From positions 2,356,001 to 2,420,000 of the forward strand of contig VRMN01000001.1 of the NCBI GenBank assembly GCA_008690995.1: a stretch of DNA of 64,000 bases. The letters run 5' to 3'. Shown piece after piece: positions 32,492 to 41,792 of this stretch. This DNA comes from Porphyridium purpureum. Lineage: Eukaryota. A model generated the notes under the pieces. That model did not search any database and had not been told where the DNA came from. It was given only the letters and a program-made list of their open reading frames with translations. The first letter of the stretch is position 1; the number at the start of each line of letters is the position of its first letter. A program made the position numbers and the translations under genes.

Positions 32492-33775
32492 ATGGTGGCG
32501 GCGACATTTGTGGCTGCGCCACTCGGCGTGCCCGCGATCGATCGTTCGCGCGTCGACGCGTTGTGCACGCCTCGTGGGGCTCCCGCGTTTCGGTTAGCGC
32601 TGCCCCGCGTGAGGAGTCAGCTACTGTGGCGCAGCGTACCGACAATTGCCCGCGCCGCCGCGGCACAGGGCGTTCCCCCGCGCGATGAAAGCTCGGAGCC
32701 TGCCGACGCCGCCGTCGAACAGGATGAACAGGAACGCTCAAGACCCAAGTGGGCCCCAAAGTGGATGCCGGATTGGTTGGTGTACGTAAAGGACCGTCCG
32801 TGGCTACAGCTCGCGCTGATCATGCCCCTGTATGTAGTGCACCTGCTTGTGTTTTCAAAGGTCTCGTTTCCGCTCCCGAAACGTCTCATTCTGCATGAAA
32901 AAATGACCCAGCTGGGTATGGACTCGATCACTGGCTTCATTGTGCTGTTCATCACCGCACTGTGGCGAAAGACCATGAAGCTTGGTTCCATGTGCCCAAA
33001 TCTGCTTGCTGCGGATCAGAATAACCCGCCGTGGAAGATTCCGCGCGAGCAAAAACGCAAGATTGTCTCCACGACAGTGATCCTTACCGTGGCGTACATC
33101 TTTTCCGGGTACGGCGCGTTGGTGTGGGAGCAGCTGCTCTTAGCTTTGTCGGCGATAGGACTACCGCTCACCGTGCCGACTCTTCGAGCGTGGAAGGTGC
33201 TTCTCGGGCATCTGATGTGGGTTTACATGGGCTGCAAGATCCTGGATCAGCAGCTGAAACCATTCTTCCCGCCGGAAGGCCAGTGGCTGAGGCTAGAATT
33301 CAAGGAAAATTGGGGCTGGTGGGCCATTGGCGGCTACTATGTGTCTGCGCTCTTGTTTAACATCGCCGACTTGGTCAACCAACTCGTGCTCCCGCCGTCC
33401 ATTTTCAACGGTGAGACCGTGGTGTCGAAGCTGATCAACCCTGAGAATCGCGACATGCTTGCGATGGCAATCGGAAGCATTGGTCCTTGTGTGACAGCAC
33501 CCGTTTTTGAGGAGGTCTTGTATCGCGGTTTCTTGCTGCCCGCACTGGTATTTTACTTGCCCCTCTGGGCCTCCCTACCGATTTCATCAGTGCTATTCGC
33601 GGCTCACCATCTAAACCCGGGAGGCATGATTCCGCTCACTGTGCTTGGCCTGGCATGGGCAATCCTGTACACACGGTCTCGGAACGTGCTGGTCACGATC
33701 ATTATTCATGCTATGTGGAACAGTCGCGTTTTTCTTGGCTCGCTCATTGGGTTGGATTTCTTAAGACATGGATAG
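32492..33775 (+). CDS. CPBP (Abi/CAAX type II) intramembrane glutamic protease, likely plastid-targeted
   Basis: APVFEEVLYRGF, FAAHH and HAMWN motifs, multiple TMs and a transit-peptide-like N-terminus MVAATFVAAP. Confidence 0.9.
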   Translation: MVAATFVAAPLGVPAIDRSRVDALCTPRGAPAFRLALPRVRSQLLWRSVPTIARAAAAQGVPPRDESSEPADAAVEQDEQERSRPKWAPKWMPDWLVYVKDRPWLQLALIMPLYVVHLLVFSKVSFPLPKRLILHEKMTQLGMDSITGFIVLFITALWRKTMKLGSMCPNLLAADQNNPPWKIPREQKRKIVSTTVILTVAYIFSGYGALVWEQLLLALSAIGLPLTVPTLRAWKVLLGHLMWVYMGCKILDQQLKPFFPPEGQWLRLEFKENWGWWAIGGYYVSALLFNIADLVNQLVLPPSIFNGETVVSKLINPENRDMLAMAIGSIGPCVTAPVFEEVLYRGFLLPALVFYLPLWASLPISSVLFAAHHLNPGGMIPLTVLGLAWAILYTRSRNVLVTIIIHAMWNSRVFLGSLIGLDFLRHG

Positions 33776-34042
33776 AAAGTCAGCTTCAGGCGGCGTGCTT
33801 GGATGATCCTGTCTGTCCCGTCAATGGGCTCGGGTAGTCATGTTCTTAAGTTTGCAGCTAGAAGATCGAGAACCTATCGAACTAAAGCATTACCTCCAAA
33901 AGATCCAGAAACTCCCACATGGCACTTCGAGCTGGAATCAGACTCTCGCTCCGTATTTGTCAAGGGAAAAGTGTCGACTTGACCTGCCTTACGCCTCATC
34001 TGGCCAACACAGGTTCTCGGAGCCCGGCGCGGACTACACACT

Positions 34043-35179
34043 ATGAACTGCGGTTTCTTGGAAGTGCCGTGCGTGCTTCGGTGGCAACGGCGGCCGTCGG
34101 AAAGGCCTTCAATCTCGTCTCGCCAGAACATTTCTCCACCGCCACGACCATGCGCGCCGCGCGTGCGCCGAGATCATGGACACACAGCCAGCGCGCACAG
34201 GTCCAGACGTGGTACGGTGAGAAGTGCTGGGAGTGGTGGAGTGGGCGGAGGAGACAATGACCTGTACAAGGTATTGGGCGTCGACAAGACGGCGTCCAAG
34301 GTAGAGATCAAACGCGCGTACCGGCGGCTTGCGCTCAAGGCACATCCAGACGTAAACAAGTCGCCCAATGCGGCCGCCGAGTTTGGGCGAATCCAGCAGG
34401 CGTACGACGTTCTCGCAGACGACGCCAAGCGCCGCGCGTATGATATACGGATGTCGACCGGCGCGTCTGCAGCAAGCGGGCGCCAGCAGAGTCGGTACCG
34501 CCCCTCCGCCAACGCTTGGCAGAAAGAGCAGGAAGCGTACGAGACAAATGACTCGTTCGGCGCAATCTTCAGCGATTTAATGTCAGAGCTGGGCAAGGGC
34601 GTGGCAGGCGTTGCGGGCGCTGCCGGGAGCTCTGGCGGCGCTGGCCTCGTTGACGACTTTCTAACGTTTTTGGAGAAACAGACAGGCGCAGGCTTTGGAG
34701 TGGGTGGGAGCTCGCGTACTGAAGAACGCGAATTTGAAGAGCTTTTGCGGAGTGGCAGTGCGCAAGTGCTCCAGGCCGAGCTCGAGGATGTCGACTTTGT
34801 CCTTGAGATGATGGCGGCTCGCCGTACAAAACTCAGGGAGCAGCAAGTCATGCAGGAGCGACGCCGCGCTACTGCAGTGGAAACGGGCGAACGCGCCAGT
34901 TATGACGCCGAGCTTTCGCGTGTACGGGCAAAGCTGGACAAGGTCGAGCGACAAGTAGACGAGCAGCGCGCTCGCAAAGCCAAAATCGAAGCGGCGCTTT
35001 TGCGCGCCAAGTCGACTCGTGCCGGTGACAAGGACGGCAGACCGAACGTGGCCAGTCCCAACGACGTAGCAGCGCAGCGTGCCTACGCTGCTCAGCAGCG
35101 TGCACAAGAAGCCAAGGCGCGTTCTGAAAAGCAAGTGCTGGAAGAACTCGAACGCATGAAACGCGAGTTGGGTCTGTGA
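34043..35179 (+). CDS. DnaJ-domain protein with C-terminal coiled coil, likely plastid-targeted
   Basis: DLYKVLGV...[17 protein letters not shown]...[16 protein letters not shown]-domain with HPD. Confidence 0.92.
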   Translation: MNCGFLEVPCVLRWQRRPSERPSISSRQNISPPPRPCAPRVRRDHGHTASAHRSRRGTVRSAGSGGVGGGDNDLYKVLGVDKTASKVEIKRAYRRLALKAHPDVNKSPNAAAEFGRIQQAYDVLADDAKRRAYDIRMSTGASAASGRQQSRYRPSANAWQKEQEAYETNDSFGAIFSDLMSELGKGVAGVAGAAGSSGGAGLVDDFLTFLEKQTGAGFGVGGSSRTEEREFEELLRSGSAQVLQAELEDVDFVLEMMAARRTKLREQQVMQERRRATAVETGERASYDAELSRVRAKLDKVERQVDEQRARKAKIEAALLRAKSTRAGDKDGRPNVASPNDVAAQRAYAAQQRAQEAKARSEKQVLEELERMKRELGL

Positions 35180-35262
35180 ACGTCATCGGTGAGGCAGCGT
35201 ATGTGGAACTCAGTTCGTCACATCTAGATGAATTTGGAATGGTAAACAAATAATTGCAAAAG

Positions 35263-35868
35263 TTACTGTCCTTTTTTCTGCATTCTCTCCTTGCGGTGCG
35301 CCAGCAGGCAGTACTGTCGAAAGTTTTTGAGCTCGGCCGCGCATGCCTGCTCAATGATGTTCGAAACAAACCTGCTGCGCGCCATCGAGGCAAGAAACGA
35401 TTGCACATCGTAATCGACGCGCATGATTATCATGGTGCCGGAACCATCCCCACGAGACCCCTTGTCGCCATTGTGATGGAACGATACGCGGCCACGATGC
35501 GTCAATCCGGTCAGACTCTTCCAGCTGATCAACTTACCCACGATAACTTCCTCGTCCATTGCCTCCCACTGGAGAGGTATGGACTGGACGCGTGCCTCCC
35601 AGCTGGTCTTACGCGGCTCAGCCGCATCACGCTTCACGCGTTTCACCGCGCTGCTCCATTCCGGCATGTTTGAAAAGTTTGAGAAGCGGGCGTATGCGAA
35701 GTCGGATGGCACGTTTTCGACAAACGTTTGCACTTCAAATGCGTTCCAGGTCATGCGCGGAGCACTGTGCCGAAGGGGACGCCTACCGCGCACACCAGAG
35801 GCGGAGACGCGGGCTTCTGAGCCCCACGCGCTACCCGTTAGCCCCATAGGCACGATGAAGGCTGCCAT
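35263..35868 (-). CDS. SRPBCC/polyketide-cyclase-like (START fold) protein, plastid-targeted
   Basis: MAAFIVP transit peptide, FSNMPEWSSAVKRV, WEA...ISWKSLTGLTHRGRVSF and ELKNFRQY. Confidence 0.8.
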   Translation of the reverse strand: MAAFIVPMGLTGSAWGSEARVSASGVRGRRPLRHSAPRMTWNAFEVQTFVENVPSDFAYARFSNFSNMPEWSSAVKRVKRDAAEPRKTSWEARVQSIPLQWEAMDEEVIVGKLISWKSLTGLTHRGRVSFHHNGDKGSRGDGSGTMIIMRVDYDVQSFLASMARSRFVSNIIEQACAAELKNFRQYCLLAHRKERMQKKGQ

Positions 35869-36050
35869 CTGGAAAAAATGCAAAGCTTGTTTCCCTTGAA
35901 TCGCCTCCCCGACATTCGTTCGAACGAGATTTAATGAATACACTGGCATCCGGGAGGGACACATAAAGATAATCGAAAAACAAGGAACAAAATTCGCCAT
36001 GACAATGGACCGAGCCGCTCTGCGCCGGCCCGCGCCGGATCGAAGCGCGC

Positions 36051-38060
36051 TCACCCTGTGAGACCTGAACACACAAATCCTCGAAACGCGTCGGACGCAT
36101 CGTCGTACCAGAACAGCTGCTGCCCGGCGCAGTATGACAGTGACTGCGGAACAGCAAATTTGTAAGGAGAAAGCACGCACAAGATGAACAACCCGGCGGA
36201 CGAGAGCGCGCAGATGAGTAGCGTGATCACCCAGCCTGCGAAAATACTGGCAAACTGCTTCCAATGGACTGAGTTGATGCGGCCGTCCGCCAAGCCGACG
36301 CCCACCGTGGCGCCGACCTGACAATGTGTTGTACTGACAGGAATACCGAGCGCAGCGGCAACGAGCACCGTTATGCTCGCACCAAACTCGATGCAAAAGC
36401 CGCGCGAGGCAGTTATTTTCGTCAACTTCTTGCCAAGTGCCAAAATCACCTTGTAACCCCATGCTGCAAGTCCTACCGTGATCCCAATGCCACCGATCGC
36501 CAGCACCCAAACAGGAATTCGTATGAACGCAGACGAATACGTTGCAAAACAACCTGGGTTGCAGTCTGAATAGCACGTCGAATCGCCTGCAAAAGATCCT
36601 GTTTCCGAGTACAACGAAAACGTCGCATTCTGCGCAGAAGACGTTTGCCCAGTAAGGTAGCCAAATTCAACCACACACTGCCAGTATTCCACGCCGCCAA
36701 TTTCTCCACAATATGCCTGACCATTTGGTATAGGGGCACCGTTTGCAACGACAGTCCCGTTTAGCGCACCACCACCAGTCAATGTGACACTGCTCGAAAA
36801 GGAAGACACTGTGCGCCGCGAAAGATTGCCCCCGTCCTGATACAGTTGCAGAACCGTGGTAAAGGGTGCAACCGCGTTTGCAACATCGTTGGCGCCATGC
36901 GAGAAGGAGTCAAAAGCAGCAGTGGCAACCTGAAGCCATGAGAAGACGTGTTCCGCTTTGGGATCGAAAACTTCGGCTCGCGCGTGGCGCTCCTGCACTT
37001 CCGAATCTTGTTGCACATCTGCTTCCGGATCCAAAGAAACGTGGAGTCCTATTCTCTGCAAATAGTTCGACACTTGGTCCTGGCGATGACGCGTCGATAC
37101 AAGGTCGGGGTTTTTGATTTCGAGAATCTGGCGCTCTTCCCATTGGTTGAGCCTTTTCTTCTGATACGGTACAAGAATGAACCAGGTCATGGCCATGACA
37201 ACAATGGCCGCGCCCAGGCCAATCAGCGCATTCCAAGCTCTGAGCTCTTCGGCCTGCTCCCAAAGTACGAAAAAGACGATCAAGAACGCCACGAGACCAT
37301 AGAAGAGCGGTGCGAACAATAGCCCATTGCGCACTGGATTATCAGCCCGAAGAACAAAACGTCGAACGAGCAAGAAGAAGGTGACAGAAATGAGTCCCGC
37401 CGCAACAGGCGAAACGAACCAAGAAATAAAAATACCGACGACGCCTTGGAGCTTTTCAAAACCGGAACCTTCCGAAATCCAGACCACTGCATCAACGCCG
37501 CGGTACGCAAGACCAATTCCAATGTACGCACCCACAATAGTGTGTGTTGTTGACACCGGCAGTTCAAGAAAGGTTGCGGTGATGAGCCAGGATCCTGCGG
37601 ATAGGAGCGTAATGAAATTTCCTATCATAAGCACTTCTGGCCCGTTGAGAGCGCCCTTCTCGCGATTGGTGGGGTCAAAGTAGTCGACGTTCAGAATCCC
37701 CTTGCGAATCGTCGAGGACACGCGAGAACCCAACAGTAGGGCGCCAAGAAACTCCATCACTGCGGCCACCACGCACGCCATCTTGAGCGAAACGCTGCCC
37801 GCACCCACAGACGTGGCAAAGGCGTTTGCCACATCGTTCGCGCCAATACCCCATGCGGTGATAAACATGGCAATGCCCGTGATCACCACAAGCCACAAGT
37901 AGAAATCGGTCGTCGTGACTTGCGCAGAGTCCAACAGCGCAAACGACGTGCCGTCCAAGGGCCACACGGCCTCCCCAGGCGGCGGACTCCATGGGGCTGG
38001 CGTCGGATACTCCAAAAAGTCCCGCACCACCGCCACTGCGCCGCCGCTCGCCGCACTCAT
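36051..38060 (-). CDS. PiT/PHO4 (SLC20) family sodium-phosphate symporter, algal PTB-like
   Basis: Two PiT signatures GIGANDVANAFATSVG and HGANDVANA, plus LPVSTTH and IPVSTTHCQVG. Confidence 0.95.
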   Translation of the reverse strand: MSAASGGAVAVVRDFLEYPTPAPWSPPPGEAVWPLDGTSFALLDSAQVTTTDFYLWLVVITGIAMFITAWGIGANDVANAFATSVGAGSVSLKMACVVAAVMEFLGALLLGSRVSSTIRKGILNVDYFDPTNREKGALNGPEVLMIGNFITLLSAGSWLITATFLELPVSTTHTIVGAYIGIGLAYRGVDAVVWISEGSGFEKLQGVVGIFISWFVSPVAAGLISVTFFLLVRRFVLRADNPVRNGLLFAPLFYGLVAFLIVFFVLWEQAEELRAWNALIGLGAAIVVMAMTWFILVPYQKKRLNQWEERQILEIKNPDLVSTRHRQDQVSNYLQRIGLHVSLDPEADVQQDSEVQERHARAEVFDPKAEHVFSWLQVATAAFDSFSHGANDVANAVAPFTTVLQLYQDGGNLSRRTVSSFSSSVTLTGGGALNGTVVANGAPIPNGQAYCGEIGGVEYWQCVVEFGYLTGQTSSAQNATFSLYSETGSFAGDSTCYSDCNPGCFATYSSAFIRIPVWVLAIGGIGITVGLAAWGYKVILALGKKLTKITASRGFCIEFGASITVLVAAALGIPVSTTHCQVGATVGVGLADGRINSVHWKQFASIFAGWVITLLICALSSAGLFILCVLSPYKFAVPQSLSYCAGQQLFWYDDASDAFRGFVCSGLTG

Positions 38061-38173
38061 AACGTTTCTTCAACGCCCTGCTCCCACCAACCGATTTTCC
38101 GTCCAGGCGGGTTGAGGCGGACTGCTACAACCAGGACAGATTATCTGGCTGTCCTTGTGGGGGATGAGACGCA

Positions 38174-38818
38174 ATGGAACACGACAATGCGCTGCTGGTG
38201 GAGCGGGGCCTGGGAAGCTTGGAACGCTTTTGGGATTACAAGACCGCGGAGCAGATACGGGATCTCTCGGACGAGCAGCGCGTCGCCCTGCAGCATGTGC
38301 GGCGTATATTGGCCGGCAACCTGGATCGGTATCCGGCGATTCCGTGTGATATGATGCAGGGGCAAGTATTTCTCGCAGACGCGAGCTTTATTCTCAAGAC
38401 GGATGCTATGGTCATGCGGGAAAAGTATGGCTTCACGCACGTGCTCAACTGTGCCGGGCAAGAAGTGGGCACCACAGCGGAGCAGTACGCTCCCGCAGAG
38501 ATAAAGTTGATGGTTCTGGACGCAAAGGACGTACATGGTTACGACATGATGACACACGCAGAAGCTGCGATCGCATTCATAGACGAATGCGTGCGCGCCG
38601 GAGGCAAGGCAGCCGTTCACTGTGTCGCGGGCGTCAACCGCAGCGGATGCATGGTCGTAGCGTACCTTCTATGGAAGACGCGTCAGCCTTTACTACAAAC
38701 TATCAAGCAAGCGCGAGAAGCAAGGGGCCCAATTTTGACAAACGCTTCTTTCCAGGTGCAAATCGTCAAGTATGCGAGCGAATTGGGCGTGGACCTGCGC
38801 GAGACGCCGCCACTATGA
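38174..38818 (+). CDS. Dual-specificity protein phosphatase
   Basis: FTHVLNCA, VHCVAGVNRS (CX5R intact), VAYLL and ILTNASFQVQI. Confidence 0.92.
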   Translation: MEHDNALLVERGLGSLERFWDYKTAEQIRDLSDEQRVALQHVRRILAGNLDRYPAIPCDMMQGQVFLADASFILKTDAMVMREKYGFTHVLNCAGQEVGTTAEQYAPAEIKLMVLDAKDVHGYDMMTHAEAAIAFIDECVRAGGKAAVHCVAGVNRSGCMVVAYLLWKTRQPLLQTIKQAREARGPILTNASFQVQIVKYASELGVDLRETPPL

Positions 38819-38882
38819 AAATGAAGACTGGGCTGAGTAAAAACGCCGCTCCGGCCGCATGCACTGAGCGCGCGTTCTAAGA

Positions 38883-40151
38883 TCACGCCGCCGCGTCTTT
38901 GGCCTCCACTTTTGCCAAAAACGATCCCGAGAGCTCCACAACTTGCGCGCGGCTCGAAGAGTACAGATGCGGTGAATGCTCGTCTGAGTTTAGCGCGGCA
39001 ATACTGTTCCGATCGGAACTCTTTTGCAAAACTGCAACTGCCTCTTTGGACAATGTGTCTCCAGGTGGTTGCAGCACATACGTAGGAATCAGATCGTGGT
39101 TTTGAGGTGAGGACGACGGTGCCAATGACGCCGACACATACCTGATGGACTGTTGCAGCGCATCTTGGGCTGCTGCTCCTTGAAGAGCTTCGGCTGCGCA
39201 GAGAGGTAAAGCAGTTTGAGCAGCGGACGCTTGCAGCAGACGCCGGACGTCTGTGAGCTGCGCAGGGCTGTACGAGAAAACCGGGCTCTCAAGAATCAGA
39301 CTGGCTACGCGCTGCGGCTGCTGCTCTGCGATTGCCAGCGCAACGGCGCCGCCGAATCCGTGCCCGAACACATGCACACGCGGAAGTTTGTAGTGCTCGA
39401 GAATCGCCGCGACCTGTGCGACGCGCAGTTGCACGGCATCGAGACCAATATTTTCTGGCACAGCGTCCGAGCTACCTGTCCCTAACTGGTCAAAAAAGTA
39501 CAATCGCCGCTGAGACTCTGCAAGCGCTTCCAAAGGCTCTAGATACTCATGCGGAAGCGCAAGATCTGCGATAAAGATGACAGGCAAGACTTTGGCAGCA
39601 CGTTCCTTTTTTTGATTCCCGAGGCTGCGAACAAGGATGTTGCACTGTGCTTTGCTTCCCGACAGAGCCACGGGAATCAGCTCCTCTTTCCAGTCTACAA
39701 AATGAGCCCAGAAAGGATCTTCGTCTCCGCAGAAGGCAGCCGCAGGTTCCACAGGTACTGAACTGACAAACGCCGCAGCCGCGGCTATCGCCGAAACAGC
39801 TTGGCGCCTTGTCAACACCACCGTTGCGTCATGCTTAGCCTCATGGCTCCGCGCAGAGTCAATCCCATTTGCGCAGCACACAAACGACCGCCGAGAGACC
39901 GTTCCTTGAGTAACTGCAGTCCCTGTCGGACCCGAGCGAAAAGGACAGACGCCCCGCCGGTTCGCGCAGGTTTGCGAAGAGCCGAGGTGTTCTTTTACAA
40001 CGGGCGCGAAAGACTGAAACGCGGGCGCGAAAGACTGAAACGCGGGCGCGAGAAGACCGCACCCGATGGCTTCATTCTGTGGGCTCACGGACCTTCCAAT
40101 CATACCGAACACTTGATTTCTCTCTCCCCGAGCTATAAACACAGGCGCCAT
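38883..40151 (-). CDS. Alpha/beta hydrolase fold (proline iminopeptidase-like) with bipartite plastid/thylakoid Tat presequence; nucleophile Ser absent
   Basis: EYLEPLEAL..YFFDQLGTGSSD, VHVFGHGFGG, VASLILESP and HSPHL; TRRQ...AAA twin-Arg signal. Confidence 0.8.
   Translation of the reverse strand: MAPVFIARGERNQVFGMIGRSVSPQNEAIGCGLLAPAFQSFAPAFQSFAPVVKEHLGSSQTCANRRGVCPFRSGPTGTAVTQGTVSRRSFVCCANGIDSARSHEAKHDATVVLTRRQAVSAIAAAAAFVSSVPVEPAAAFCGDEDPFWAHFVDWKEELIPVALSGSKAQCNILVRSLGNQKKERAAKVLPVIFIADLALPHEYLEPLEALAESQRRLYFFDQLGTGSSDAVPENIGLDAVQLRVAQVAAILEHYKLPRVHVFGHGFGGAVALAIAEQQPQRVASLILESPVFSYSPAQLTDVRRLLQASAAQTALPLCAAEALQGAAAQDALQQSIRYVSASLAPSSSPQNHDLIPTYVLQPPGDTLSKEAVAVLQKSSDRNSIAALNSDEHSPHLYSSSRAQVVELSGSFLAKVEAKDAAA
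40001..40051. repeat. 21-bp tandem duplication (about 2.4 copies) in the transit-peptide coding region (APAFQSF x2)
   Basis: cgggcgcgaaagactgaaacg repeated exactly. Confidence 0.9.
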
Positions 40152-40389
40152 GGAGCATGCGGAGGAATCCAGGACACGAATTTGTCTCCCACTGTTATCG
40201 CCAGAGACGCTCGGCGGGAAGAAATGTTAGGATGTACGATGCAAAAGGTTGACACTGAACAGATCAAGGTGGGTCTTGAAGTTGCGGGAAAGACGCCGCG
40301 CAGACTGAACTCGCACGCGGGCTGAGAGCTGAGCATCACACGGCCAGCGGAAAAGGGGTGTTTCGAAGCCGGCGGGGCGCGCTGCCGCG

Positions 40390-40755
40390 ATGAGCGGGAG
40401 TATGGGTGCAAAGCTGTTGGCGATACTGGATGGAAGCGCACAGACGCAGTCATCCGCTCAAAAAATCGAGGAGCTCGTGCAGTCCTGTGACGTGGTAGTG
40501 TTTGCGCTGTCGGCGTGCGGGCTGTGCATGGAGGCGGAGCAGATGCTGCGCATCAAAGGCGCGCGGTACAAAATGGTGTACGTGGAGTACCGTCTTGACG
40601 CGCGCGCGATCCGGCGCGTGCTCAGCGCCCACTACCACACGCCCACGGTGCCCGTCATCTTCATCCACGGCTCATGCATCGGCGGCCTGCAGCAACTCCA
40701 GGAACTCGAGACACACCGCCAACTCGACGCGCTTCTCTTCCCAACAACGCACTGA
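40390..40755 (+). CDS. Glutaredoxin with CGLC active site
   Basis: VVVFALSACGLC and TVPVIFIHGSCIGG (cis-Pro TVP and GG motifs). Confidence 0.88.
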   Translation: MSGSMGAKLLAILDGSAQTQSSAQKIEELVQSCDVVVFALSACGLCMEAEQMLRIKGARYKMVYVEYRLDARAIRRVLSAHYHTPTVPVIFIHGSCIGGLQQLQELETHRQLDALLFPTTH

Positions 40756-40791
40756 ACCTCTCCATCCCACTTGATGTACCTCCAGTGCCAT

Positions 40792-40840
40792 AAATTACAT
40801 CTTACAAATTACATCCAAATTACATATCTCAAATTACAAT
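40792..40840 (+). repeat. Four AAATTACA units downstream of the glutaredoxin stop
   Basis: aaattacatcttacaaattacatccaaattacatatctcaaattacaat. Confidence 0.7.
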
Positions 40841-41152
40841 ATGTGTGTGCTTTAAGTGGGTCAATCTTTCCTAATTATGGTGGAAAAAAGCAGTGCCCAA
40901 AAGCGGTGGGACAAAAAGCGTGGAAGGAATGGAAACTGCGAATTTGACACTGATCGGATGGACATTTTTGTGTATGAGTCGTGTTTCTATAAATAAAGGG
41001 AAGCTTAGAAGAAGCTAGCGGTGGATGATGAGGAAATGATGGAGATGTGACATCGGCCGCAGCGGCGGGGTTTAAGTAGAAGGGGAAGAAGGTGGGCGGA
41101 GGGAAACGAAGCAGGAAAAGAGAAGTGGAGACGTGCAGAGAAGTGGGGGAGA

Positions 41153-41707
41153 ATGGCGTTTGTGGGAAGCGTGGGAGGGGTGGGTGCGCCGGCGCGGGGG
41201 TCGTTTGTGTGCGGGCGGGCAAATGGGTGTGCGGTGAGCGATGCGCGGAGCAGTGGCGCGGCGTTGTGCGGCGCGCGCGCGCAGCGTGTGCGCGCACGAC
41301 ACGCCGTCGCAGACGTGACGATGGTGTCCATGAAGGCAAAGAACGCCGCGCGCGCGTTCAGGACTATCGAGACAAAGGAGCAGCTGGACGCCGTGATCAG
41401 CACGGGGAAGCTCGTCGTGGTCAAGTTTGGCAGTCCGTCGTGTCGCTCGTGTAAGTTTCTCGAGAAGGAATGCCCGTTTATTTCGAGAGAATTCTCGCAA
41501 GATACCGTCGATTTTGTGCAGCTGAATTTGAAGGAGTCGCGCGACCTGTTCAAAGAGTTGGGAATCAAGACAATGCCCACAGTTCACCTCTATCGTCTCG
41601 ATAAGGGTCTCTTGGAGGAAATGGCCGTCGCGCCCAATCAAATCTCAAAGCTGAAGGAGCTGATCGCTCTCCACGAACCTCTTGCCGACCAACTTGCAAG
41701 GCCATAA
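41153..41707 (+). CDS. Plastid-targeted atypical thioredoxin (SCRSC)
   Basis: MAFVGS transit peptide, LVVVKFGSPSCRSCK and LGIKTMPTVHLY. Confidence 0.88.
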   Translation: MAFVGSVGGVGAPARGSFVCGRANGCAVSDARSSGAALCGARAQRVRARHAVADVTMVSMKAKNAARAFRTIETKEQLDAVISTGKLVVVKFGSPSCRSCKFLEKECPFISREFSQDTVDFVQLNLKESRDLFKELGIKTMPTVHLYRLDKGLLEEMAVAPNQISKLKELIALHEPLADQLARP

Positions 41708-41792
41708 GATTCGGCGTGTGCGCCTCACTAACTTTTGTACCCCATCGAAGATACATCAATAAACGACACGGGGTCGTCTGCGAAAGCTAAAC

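Noticed and set aside
35869..36576. Long N-terminal extension of the SRPBCC ORF overlapping the PiT gene
   Set aside because: Off-frame read of the PiT 3' end and intergenic DNA; a typical transit peptide starts at 35868
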